Below, one piece after another: positions 40,097 through 48,498 of a DNA stretch of 64,000 bases; the first letter of the stretch is position 1, and the number at the start of each line of letters is the position of its first letter. The notes beneath the pieces are model-generated. The model made no database searches. It saw only the letters and a list, made by a program, of their open reading frames with translations, and was not told where the DNA came from. Made by a program: the position numbers and the translations under genes. The stretch comes from an uncultured Fibrobacterota bacterium (GTDB taxonomy: Bacteria > Fibrobacterota > Chitinivibrionia > Chitinivibrionales > FEN-1185), in contig CAVSQB010000019.1 of NCBI GenBank assembly GCA_963729895.1, positions 96,001 through 160,000 on the forward strand, read 5' to 3'.

Positions 40097-40863
40097 ACTT
40101 TCCAAAAAGCCTTGCCCGTGTTCCACAGGTTGTTCAGGTAATCCGTGTCGCGCAAGGTGTCCATGCAGGCCCACTGGCCGGTATGTTTCCAAACCATCAG
40201 TTCGCCTTGACGCGCGAGAGTCTCGAAGGTCCCGCTTTCGAGGTCGCAGTCTTCGCATTCGGTGAGGCGTTCGAAAATCCGGCGGTTGAGTACCATATAC
40301 CCGCCGTTGATGAATCCCGGCACGTCGTCGGGCTTTTCGCTGAAACGGGTCACCTTGTCGCCGTCGATCTTCAATTCGCCGAAACGGGAGGCAATGCTCA
40401 CACCGGTGAGCGTGGCGATTTTGCCGTGCTTCTTGTGGAATTCAACGAGCGCCTTGATGTCAACATCCCCGAGTCCGTCGCCATACGTCAAGCAAAAATC
40501 ATCGTCGGGTATGTATTTCTCAACCTGCTTCAGACGGCCGCCCTTGAGCGTCTTTTCGCCCGTATCCGCCAGCGTGATACGCCAACCATCCTCGTGATGA
40601 GCCGAGTGGATCGTGGAGGAACGGGTCCCAAGTTCGATCGTAAAGTCATTGTTCAGATATTCGTAATTGTAAAAGTACTCCTTTATCATTTTGCCCTTGT
40701 ACCCGAGCGCGAGCACAAAATCCTTTATCCCATGATGTGCGTATGTTTTCATGATGTGCCAGAGTATGGGCTGCGCACCTATGTCCACCATGGGCTTGGA
40801 TCTGAATTCGGTTTCTTCACGCAAACGCGTGCCCAAACCACCGCAGAGAATGACCACTTTCAT
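40087..40863 (-). CDS. rfbF: Glucose-1-phosphate cytidylyltransferase
   Basis: ILCGGLGTRL.EET..KPM, LTYGDG, W.CMDTLRD motifs. Confidence 0.95.
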   Translation of the reverse strand: MKVVILCGGLGTRLREETEFRSKPMVDIGAQPILWHIMKTYAHHGIKDFVLALGYKGKMIKEYFYNYEYLNNDFTIELGTRSSTIHSAHHEDGWRITLADTGEKTLKGGRLKQVEKYIPDDDFCLTYGDGLGDVDIKALVEFHKKHGKIATLTGVSIASRFGELKIDGDKVTRFSEKPDDVPGFINGGYMVLNRRIFERLTECEDCDLESGTFETLARQGELMVWKHTGQWACMDTLRDTDYLNNLWNTGKAFWKVWR

Positions 40864-40930
40864 ACCCGTTTCCTTTTTATCGGATGTTTTTTAGAACCGA
40901 AGTTCCGCAGAATACATTGCCCTTTCAGAC

Positions 40931-41551
40931 TCATCCCCAAAACCCGCTCCCTATCGAATATACAATCCTATTGACTTCCATCCGCACTATCGGCGCCAGC
41001 ACCTTGTTCTTCCACCATGTCCGGTAATCTTGTTTCGACAGGCAGCCGAGCTCAAACGTCGCGGGCAGGTACAGGAACGTGACAGGCGCCTGCGGATGCT
41101 TTGCTGCAACAAGGACCTTTATTCGCCGCATGTGATAGGGCGAGCTTACCAGGCCGATAGTGAGCCTGCGGCCGGCCGTCTGCCCGTTGCCGAACATGGT
41201 GTTGGCGCGTTTGGCGATGCAGTCCGCCTCCGAGAACGTGTTTTTGCATGTGTCAACCATAACGATCCTCGACGTGTCGAACCCTTGGGCGGAAAGCGAA
41301 TCTCGGAGGTTCTTCGAGGGATAGCTTACTATCCACAGCGCTTTCGGGTACCGCTTGCACAACTGCTTCGAATAAGGAATCCTGTCGTTGTCACCGGCAA
41401 ACGTAAAAATCGCGTCCAGCGACTGCGGCAGCGGGTCGGATACAACGAGCCACAGGCCGAGGTTACGGTATGCGAAAATGCACACTATAGTGAGTGTAAT
41501 TAGAATCGCAATAAGGACAATTCGTACGGCTTTCCTGCGGTTATTCGGCAT
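40931..41551 (-). CDS. YdcF/DUF218-family protein
   Basis: N-terminal TM segment, DAIFTFAG, NT..EA, LVSSPYHMRR. Confidence 0.8.
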   Translation of the reverse strand: MPNNRRKAVRIVLIAILITLTIVCIFAYRNLGLWLVVSDPLPQSLDAIFTFAGDNDRIPYSKQLCKRYPKALWIVSYPSKNLRDSLSAQGFDTSRIVMVDTCKNTFSEADCIAKRANTMFGNGQTAGRRLTIGLVSSPYHMRRIKVLVAAKHPQAPVTFLYLPATFELGCLSKQDYRTWWKNKVLAPIVRMEVNRIVYSIGSGFWG

Positions 41552-41718
41552 TGGCAAACTATCTATTCACATAGTGGAAAAGGAGTCGGACGGAACTGCG
41601 GTTTGCACACTATTGGTTTCTTGATTTTCTTCCCCCATCAGCGCCGGCCCCGAGGCCTGAAAATAATAATCCGGTACTTTTGGTTGGCCGAGCCGAAAAA
41701 TCAAGATACATTACTTTT

Positions 41719-41791
41719 GGATAGCGGTGCCGGGTGACCCCAAAGAGGGAGTTGCGGCAAGAATCCACTCCTCTGCTGTGGGGCACCCACG
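41719..41791. repeat. Palindromic repeat family A (GGGTGACCCCA...TGGGGCACCC)
   Basis: Further copies at 45409-45483, 47274-47347, 52091-52164; variant at 51888-51957; inverted copies at ~45582-45644 and ~50408-50517. Confidence 0.8.
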
Positions 41792-42123
41792 AAATGTCGC
41801 TGTACAGGTGAGCGTTTGATTCGCTTTGGATGCATTGTCTCATAGGTGAAGTTGACAATTGTGGAATTGCTCTTCTGCCATGCGCCAGGCCGGACCGGAA
41901 CGTACGCAGGGCGCAGTGCCGCCTGACCCGGGCCGCAAGCCATAGGGCAGGCGGTACCGAGGCCGATCCGCCGACGACCCTTGGAAGCACCCGAAGGGGT
42001 GGCGTGGAGATTCAACCCGCCCAATAGGAAGGGCGGGTTATAAGCCGCCGTCCCGGTGGGGACGGGGCCGCCCAGATCATTACACTTATATTGCCAAGGG
42101 TACATCCGCGCCGCACCGCCTAG

Positions 42124-43435
42124 CAGGGTGTTGAAAAAGTCTCCCTTTTGTAAACATTTATCCTTATATTATAGGGGAACCCCAACCAAGGAGTATTGAT
42201 GAGAGGTTCCCAGCCAGCCCAAGGCGGTATGTTCAGCTTCGTTTCTCCGGATTCCCGAGTGCCGGCAACGCACCCGCTTCGTCGTGTCAAACAGTTTACG
42301 GACATAGCGCTGCGCCGCCTTTCTCGTGACTTTGAGGCGATGTACAGCCGGATGGGGCGCCCTTCGATACCGCCGGAATGGCTTTTGAAAGCACAGATAT
42401 TGATGGCTTTGTTTTCGATACGGTCGGACCGGTTGTTTTGCGAGATGCTGGACTATAACATTCTGTTCCGATGGTTTCTTGACATGGATCTGGATGCGGC
42501 ATCGTTTGATCATAGTGTGTTTTCGAAGAACCGAGATCGACTTATGGAACAGGAGATTGCGCACCGGCTGATGCAGGAAATCGTGCGTCTTGCTCGTTCC
42601 GAAGAGTTGTTGTCCGATGAGCATTTCACGGTTGACGGCACGTTGATTGAAGCCTGGGCATCGATGAAGAGCTTCAAGCGAAAAGACGCGGAATCGGCGA
42701 ACAAGACTGACGATGATCGGAGTAATCCGTCGGTTGATTTCCACCATGAGAAGCGAAGCAATGAGACACATCAGAGTTCGACCGATCCAGAGGCGCTGTT
42801 GGCTCGGAAGAACAAGAGAACGGGAGCGCAGCTGGCGTATTCCGGTCACGTGCTGATGGAAAACCGAAATGGGTTGTGTGTTGATATCGCCATTGCGCCA
42901 GCGACGGGGACAGCGGAACGGGATATGGCGCTTGAGCTGATAAAGCATGAACGCAGGCGCGGAAAACGCCGGATGAAGACGGTGGGTGCAGACAAAGGGT
43001 ATCATGCAACCGAATTTATCAAGAGCCTGCGACGCCTGCACGTGAAGCCTCACATTGCCGAGAAGGCCAACACTTCGCTTAAAGGGTTGGATGGAAGAAC
43101 GACTCGGCATAAGGGATACAGCGTAAGTCAAAGGAAACGAAAACGGGTTGAAGAGATATTTGGGTGGATCAAGAGCGTCGGTGGCCTGCGGAAAACTCGG
43201 GTAAGAGGAATACGAATCAACCAGACTGTTGCCTACGTGGTTGCCGCAGCGTACAACTTGATACGCATGGTTAAGTTGATGCCGCAAACGGTGGGGGCAG
43301 CATGAGAATGGCCTGGGAATCCGGGGAAATGCCTCGGAACGAGGCAGGTAAAACCTCTCTGACATATGTAAAGTTGAAGTTAGGTTCATAAAAAATCAAC
43401 AAGAGCGCTTCTGTTAGGACTATTTCAACAACCTG
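42124..43435 (+). mobile_element. IS5-family insertion sequence
   Basis: IRs CAGGGTGTTGAAAAAGTC / GACTATTTCAACAACCTG; CTAG target duplication at 42120-42123 and 43436-43439. Confidence 0.9.
42196..43305 (+). CDS. IS5-family transposase
   Basis: HPLR, GRPSIPPE, VDGTLIEAWAS, GADKGY, RKRVEEIFGW motifs. Confidence 0.92.
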   Translation: MMRGSQPAQGGMFSFVSPDSRVPATHPLRRVKQFTDIALRRLSRDFEAMYSRMGRPSIPPEWLLKAQILMALFSIRSDRLFCEMLDYNILFRWFLDMDLDAASFDHSVFSKNRDRLMEQEIAHRLMQEIVRLARSEELLSDEHFTVDGTLIEAWASMKSFKRKDAESANKTDDDRSNPSVDFHHEKRSNETHQSSTDPEALLARKNKRTGAQLAYSGHVLMENRNGLCVDIAIAPATGTAERDMALELIKHERRRGKRRMKTVGADKGYHATEFIKSLRRLHVKPHIAEKANTSLKGLDGRTTRHKGYSVSQRKRKRVEEIFGWIKSVGGLRKTRVRGIRINQTVAYVVAAAYNLIRMVKLMPQTVGAA

Positions 43436-43578
43436 CTAGGGCTTGATCAATTGTTTCCTTCGAAATCATGATAACTGTTCTCTCCAATCCTTAACGGGTG
43501 TCCATCTTTTCCGACGCTTTTCCGTCCGCCCCCCATCGCCAGTAAGATGCCTTTCAATTTCTTTCCATCATCACCACA

Positions 43579-43983
43579 TCAGAAGTCCTGCGTATCCATA
43601 CTATCACGGGAAACAATCCCCATTTCCCTGGAGTTCTTTTTTACATACGCAAACATTACCCCGGTAACGCCTTTCCAGAGATACGTGCTGAAGCAGACGT
43701 TCTTGATAATTCCTTCCCTGTTCCTGTATCGCAGCTTGTAGCTGCGGATTTTCGCAGCCGCAAAGAGTATGCACTCCTGGAGAATGTCCTCGCCGAACCG
43801 CCGGACAAGGGGCGGGAAAAGGGTGGTTTCGATTCTGTAAATAAAAAAGCCTATCAGGTGAAGTAAAAGTTCCTCCTGGGCCTGCTTGTTTCCCTTCTTG
43901 GCAAGAGAGATGCATTTTCTTTCTTGTCTGCCCGGAAGTTTTCTATGCTCTGACGCTAATTTTCTGTAATGTGCGAAATTGAT
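43579..43983 (-). pseudogene. Sigma-70-like ORF (regions 1.2-2 only) without a canonical start codon
   Basis: Manual translation: INFAHYRKLASEHRKLPGRQERKCISLAKKGNKQAQEELLLHLIGFF...FGEDILQECILFAAAKIRSY...FSTYLWKGV...*; preceded in frame by TAA. Confidence 0.55.
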
Positions 43984-44030
43984 TTATCTGGCCGGGAATA
44001 AGGCGAAACCAATGTAAAACTTATTAACGT

Positions 44031-44073
44031 TCTATTCACGCCATGAATAGATTCTATTCATGGCGTGAATAGA
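44031..44073. repeat. Perfect 43-bp palindrome (21-bp arms, 1-nt centre)
   Basis: TCTATTCACGCCATGAATAGA-T-TCTATTCATGGCGTGAATAGA. Confidence 0.95.
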
Positions 44074-44209
44074 TTGAACTTCGGATTATCACGCCTCGCA
44101 CAGTGCTTCAGGTTCTTTTCCAGAGGCATGACCAAGTATCGAAGAGATTGAAGCCTAGGCGGAGCAGCGATGCTCAATTCCGATGCAGTACATCGTGCTT
44201 TTGGCTTTT

Positions 44210-44302
44210 TATGAACCGGTTCTCCATGCATGGTCAAACCGGCAACAAGACAACTCGGAAAGGCTTGTCGTGCCGGTATTCTTCGAGGATCTCTCCTTGC
44301 AT
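44210..44302 (-). pseudogene. Frameshifted DUF4258-like toxin fragment
   Basis: MQGEILEEYRHDKPF, then in the shifted frame PSCLVAGLTMHGEPVH. Confidence 0.6.
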
Positions 44303-44362
44303 GACGCTTCCGGAACTAATAGATTTCCAGCTCACCCCTATTAGAAGCAGTCCGGCCAATCC

Positions 44363-44854
44363 CTAGTGATTTTCACTTGTTCCGGATTTGTCATTTAGGC
44401 TGAATCGAGCAGAAAATTCGGCAGCTAATTGTTTTAATGCCGGCTCGCAGGTCAGAACCAGCGGTTTCATTTTGTCCCATTGCATTTCAAATGTGTAGGC
44501 TTGTCTGAAAACGTGCCTGAACGTGAGATATTCGCTCAGAATATTGCACAAGTCTTGAGAAATTACCGGGGCAACGCCATTGGCTTCTCTCGCCATTGCC
44601 TGCAGCAGGTTCTTGTGCCAGGCTTCCCCCGATGCTTTTTGGCCATGCATTTCAGCATAAATACGTCCAAATATGTTTTCCGCACCAGTGTAGAAAGAGT
44701 GAAGGACCGTGGCAAGCGCTGAAATCTCGACTTTTGAGGGCTCGTCTTTTTCGGCTTTGTCAAGCAATGCCTGGTTTTCCTGCAATAGCCGTGATAATTG
44801 ATCGAGCTCCACGCGTATTTGTTTGATCAATTTATCCGATGCGAACCAGCTCAT
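44363..44854 (-). CDS. HEPN-domain toxin (HepT-like), homologue of 34178-34654
   Basis: LHSFYTG.ENIF, WHK.LL, FRHVFRQAY motifs. Confidence 0.85.
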   Translation of the reverse strand: MSWFASDKLIKQIRVELDQLSRLLQENQALLDKAEKDEPSKVEISALATVLHSFYTGAENIFGRIYAEMHGQKASGEAWHKNLLQAMAREANGVAPVISQDLCNILSEYLTFRHVFRQAYTFEMQWDKMKPLVLTCEPALKQLAAEFSARFSLNDKSGTSENH

Positions 44855-45158
44855 TTTCTTCCTTTAGATATCGGGTGAATGCATTGTCTTCATCAAGATC
44901 AATAAGGTCTATTTGTTTGGACAGCGCCATTTGGATTTGCCCCATCACTTTAAAGAAAAGCCGGGGAGGTAGACCACTTATCGCTATGTCGATATCATTG
45001 GCCCGTGCGATATCCCCATGAGCAGCGGACCCGAAAACGTAGACCTCCTTTGACCCTGCGGATTTAAGAATTCGGGTTACAATGTCGAATATCGGGTTAA
45101 CGGCAAGTTCCTTAGCGCGTTCGGAAGTATTATCGAGTACCACTGTTCCCTCCTTCAC
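44832..45158 (-). CDS. MNT antitoxin
   Basis: YVFGS.......DIDIAISGL and IDLIDL motifs. Confidence 0.87.
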   Translation of the reverse strand: MKEGTVVLDNTSERAKELAVNPIFDIVTRILKSAGSKEVYVFGSAAHGDIARANDIDIAISGLPPRLFFKVMGQIQMALSKQIDLIDLDEDNAFTRYLKEENELVRIG

Positions 45159-45744
45159 ATTTCAGCACAGCACACGGGGCACTGCTTGAAAGGCATCATG
45201 GCCCTAAAATACTCCAAACTCGACTGGCATGCAAAAATGACTACCTTGGCCGGAGGATTCGGCCGCGACACCAAAATGCAACCAAGAATGCATCCGGCTG
45301 GCTGAGCCGGAAATATTAACAGATAGATGTTTCTGGATGGCTGAGCCGGGTGACCCTCAAGTGAGTTTATTTGCGAGAATCGAATTTATGGATACAAGTC
45401 AAATGCATCTGGATGGCTGTGCCGGGTGACCCCAAAGTGGAATTATTTGCGAGAATCCAATCCTTGGCTGTGGGGCACCCACGAGGTGCAGTTGTAAAGG
45501 CAAAGGATTGAAGTGTTGATTTGGTGAAGAAATTAAGAGCCCACGGAGAACTTACAGTTGTGAATTTAATAATCGGGTGCTCCGCGGGTGCCCCCCAACT
45601 GAAGCTTAATTCTTGCAACAACTCTACCTTGGGGTGCACCCAGGAGGGGGTGTGCCCTTTTATGGAGAGCCGCACGGCCGTGCGATTCTCCATAAAAGGG
45701 CCAGGGGGAAACTTCCCCCGCCAAATCTAATCTTAATTGAACTC

Positions 45745-46446
45745 TTAGCTTCTCTTAAACACGTTATACTTGACAATACACCACAACGCGCTGAACCCGT
45801 CGCGGAGCCCGATCTTCTTGCCCTCCTCGTAGGTGCGGCCGGAATACGAGATGCCCACTTCGTACACCCGGCACCGCAGGCGCGCGATTTTTGCGGTGAT
45901 CTCGGGCTCGAACCCGAACCGGTTTTCGCGTACGGTAATCTTGCCGAGAATTTCCCTGCGGAACATTTTGTAGCAGGTCTCCATGTCGGTGAGGTTCATG
46001 TTCGACAGGACGTTCGAGACGAACGTGAGGAGCTGGTTGCCCATGAAATGAAAGAAATAGAGCACACGGCGCTCGTCGGTGGTGAGGAAGCGGGAGCCGT
46101 ACACGACGTCGGCCCTGCCGTCGAGGATGGGCTTTAAGAGCCTGCCGTATTCGTCGGGGTTGTATTCGAGGTCCGCGTCCTGGACCACCACCACGTCGCC
46201 TGTCGCATGAGTAAATCCGGTGCGCAGCGCCGCGCCCTTGCCCCGGTTTGTGTCGTGGTACACCACGCGCACGCGGGCATCGGACATCGCTTTCAGGATG
46301 TCGCGCGTCCCGTCCTGGGAGCAGTCGTCCACCACGATCACCTCGCGGTCGACGCCCGGGGGCAGGCCGGCGGCAAGCACCCTGCTCAGGAGCGTGCCGA
46401 TGGTCTTCTTTTCGTTATAGCACGGGATTACAATGGACAGCAGCAT
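45745..46446 (-). CDS. GT2 glycosyltransferase (DPM1/polyprenol-phosphate glycosyltransferase-like)
   Basis: SIVIPCYNE, VDDCSQDG, QDADLEY.P, DMETCYK motifs. Confidence 0.9.
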   Translation of the reverse strand: MLLSIVIPCYNEKKTIGTLLSRVLAAGLPPGVDREVIVVDDCSQDGTRDILKAMSDARVRVVYHDTNRGKGAALRTGFTHATGDVVVVQDADLEYNPDEYGRLLKPILDGRADVVYGSRFLTTDERRVLYFFHFMGNQLLTFVSNVLSNMNLTDMETCYKMFRREILGKITVRENRFGFEPEITAKIARLRCRVYEVGISYSGRTYEEGKKIGLRDGFSALWCIVKYNVFKRS

Positions 46447-46454
46447 GGCGCGCC

Positions 46455-47054
46455 TCAGGTAAAGAGGTAATACAGATATTTCTGGAATTCGAGAAGAACG
46501 GCCTGTCGCAACGGTCTGTTGAGCCACCAGGTCCGGTAGACGTGAACCGTCACGCCGTAGCGCTCGTACGGGACCGGCAGATAGTGGAACCTGCAGGCGC
46601 CGCCCTTATATCTTCTCTCAACTTCCATGCGGATCCTGCGCATGTGAAACGGCGTGCTCACGAGGCCGACGCTCAGCGGCCGGCCGCTCAGCCCCTTTTT
46701 CTCCTGCACGGCATTTGCCGCCCACTGGGTGACAAAGCAGGCTTCGGAGCTGGTATTTTTGCAGGTGTCAACTATGGTGATCCTCGACGTGTCGAGGCCC
46801 CCTTTCCCAAGAGTTTTTGCAATTCTCTTGGACGGGTAGCTGATGAGCCATCGCGCCTGTTTGTGGGCGGCAAAGAGTTCTTTGGAGTAGATGATCCGGT
46901 GCGTTTCGCCCGCAAAGGTGAAGATCGCGTCGAGCGATTGGGGCACGGGATCGGAAACCACGAGCCACAGGGCAAGATTGGAGAAGGCGTACGCGGCCAG
47001 AACGAGCGCTGCGAGCGCGGGGACAAGGATCAACGCGGCCTTTTTTCTTTTCAT
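46455..47054 (-). CDS. YdcF/DUF218-family protein, paralog of 40931-41551
   Basis: LWLVVSDP.PQSLDAIFTFAG and VSTPFHMRR shared with the paralog. Confidence 0.8.
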   Translation of the reverse strand: MKRKKAALILVPALAALVLAAYAFSNLALWLVVSDPVPQSLDAIFTFAGETHRIIYSKELFAAHKQARWLISYPSKRIAKTLGKGGLDTSRITIVDTCKNTSSEACFVTQWAANAVQEKKGLSGRPLSVGLVSTPFHMRRIRMEVERRYKGGACRFHYLPVPYERYGVTVHVYRTWWLNRPLRQAVLLEFQKYLYYLFT

Positions 47055-47731
47055 GGGATGTTCGCTTTAGTTCCGGCTGAGAAAAAAAGATTCAATAGAT
47101 ATATCGATGCAATTCAAATGTTATTGGGTAGCCGCGCCGGGTGACCCCACGGTTGGAGTAAATGGGTCGAGTTGGATGCTTGAAAAGTTCACGAGTTAGT
47201 TCGGTTGAGAATTCTGCTAACCGGGTGCCGCTGCGGCGCGCGCAACAATATCTAAATACGAATTAAGTTCATCTGGATGGCTGTGCCGGGTGACCCCATA
47301 GATGGAGTGGCTGCGAGAATCCAATCCTTGGCTGTGGGGCACCCGCGAAATGCAGTTGGACGGATGAGAGTATATATCTGAAAACTTCGTCAATGTATTT
47401 GGTCTTGGATTTTGTTAACCGGGTGCTTCTAGTGTGCGCGCAGCAGAGGATTCGGGCTTGCCACTGGTACACCCACGCCGCACACGCTCAGCACACAAGA
47501 ATATTATCTTGATTTCGCACACCCTCTTTGGCCAAGAATAACAATTTTGCCTTCGTCAAGACGAAGGCAAAGGTAACGCCCGGCATTACTTCTATTATTC
47601 CCGGCCGGCACGCGAGATACGGACCGGATATACCTCACCCCCGTCGGCGGTACTTTTTAGAAAAAAAATCCCGCTTCAACCGGAAAGGACTGATTTGTTC
47701 CGCTCTAACTACTTAAGCAAACCAAAAGAAT

Positions 47732-47760
47732 ATAATACATTCATTCTCTGCGAATTTCAA
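47732..47760 (-). promoter_or_regulatory. Putative sigma70 promoter of the polysaccharide operon
   Basis: TTGAAA-N17-TATTAT on the minus strand, ~670 nt upstream of the first gene. Confidence 0.55.
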
Positions 47761-47789
47761 CAGTAAAATCAATATCTTGCAAGAGATGT

Positions 47790-48362
47790 TCAAGCCTGCG
47801 GCGCCGGCAAGGGCTCGTCGGGTTTAACCATTGAGGCATCTACATACATTGATGCCTGGCCAAGCCCTGCCACGGAAAGCACGAGCCTGTCGGAATTCCT
47901 GACCCTTGCAATGACCCCTTTAAGCCCCCGAAGAGGGCCCGCTATCACGGAAACTGCGGCGCCCCGGGGATACGAAACGGTGACCGGCTCAAGGGCCGCT
48001 CCCGTCTCTATGGCCTGATAGATCTGCGTGAGCTCATCGATGAAACGGCGCTGGTACTTGACCGGGATGATCGAAACGACCCTTCCTGTTTTGTAAACCC
48101 CCTGGACGGACGGGTCGCGGCCGCAGAAGCTGATATACCCCGGAAACAGCGGCAGGATCGACTTGCGGGGCTTGTTGTTGTCCCTGCGCCTGGTGACGTG
48201 CGTCACGAGCGGCAGGTAGTATTCGACGTTGTTCCTGATGAAATCGAACGCGAGCGCCTTTTCCTGGCGGGGCTTTACTTTTGCAACCCACCACGGCGAT
48301 TGCGCCATGGCGATGGGCCCGGCAGGAAACCGGGCAGGGGGATTTTCGTTCACTCGGATCAT
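47790..48362 (-). CDS. NusG-paralog transcription antiterminator (UpxY/RfaH/LoaP-like)
   Basis: WWV.KVKPRQEK, YYLP, PLFPGYI (NGN domain); V.VIAGPL.GL.G (KOW). Confidence 0.88.
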   Translation of the reverse strand: MIRVNENPPARFPAGPIAMAQSPWWVAKVKPRQEKALAFDFIRNNVEYYLPLVTHVTRRRDNNKPRKSILPLFPGYISFCGRDPSVQGVYKTGRVVSIIPVKYQRRFIDELTQIYQAIETGAALEPVTVSYPRGAAVSVIAGPLRGLKGVIARVRNSDRLVLSVAGLGQASMYVDASMVKPDEPLPAPQA

Positions 48363-48366
48363 AGTA

Positions 48367-48496
48367 TGCGTTTATGCGTTAGAGCGTTGATGCGTTGGGT
48401 GCGTTGGAGCGTTGGAGCGTTCTTAACTCCTTTTCAACTTCTCAACCTCTCAACTTTTCAACCTTTCAACTTCTCAACTCTTCAACTTTTCAACTT
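48367..48496. repeat. Two opposed octamer arrays: (T/A)GCGTTNN x7 then (T/C)TCAACNN x8
   Basis: Read directly from the sequence between the NusG paralog and pyrE. Confidence 0.9.
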
Positions 48497-48498
48497 CT

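Noticed and set aside
43604..43915. 103-aa ORF from the track
   Set aside because: It has no recognisable features; the overlapping frame 43579-43983 carries the sigma-like pattern.
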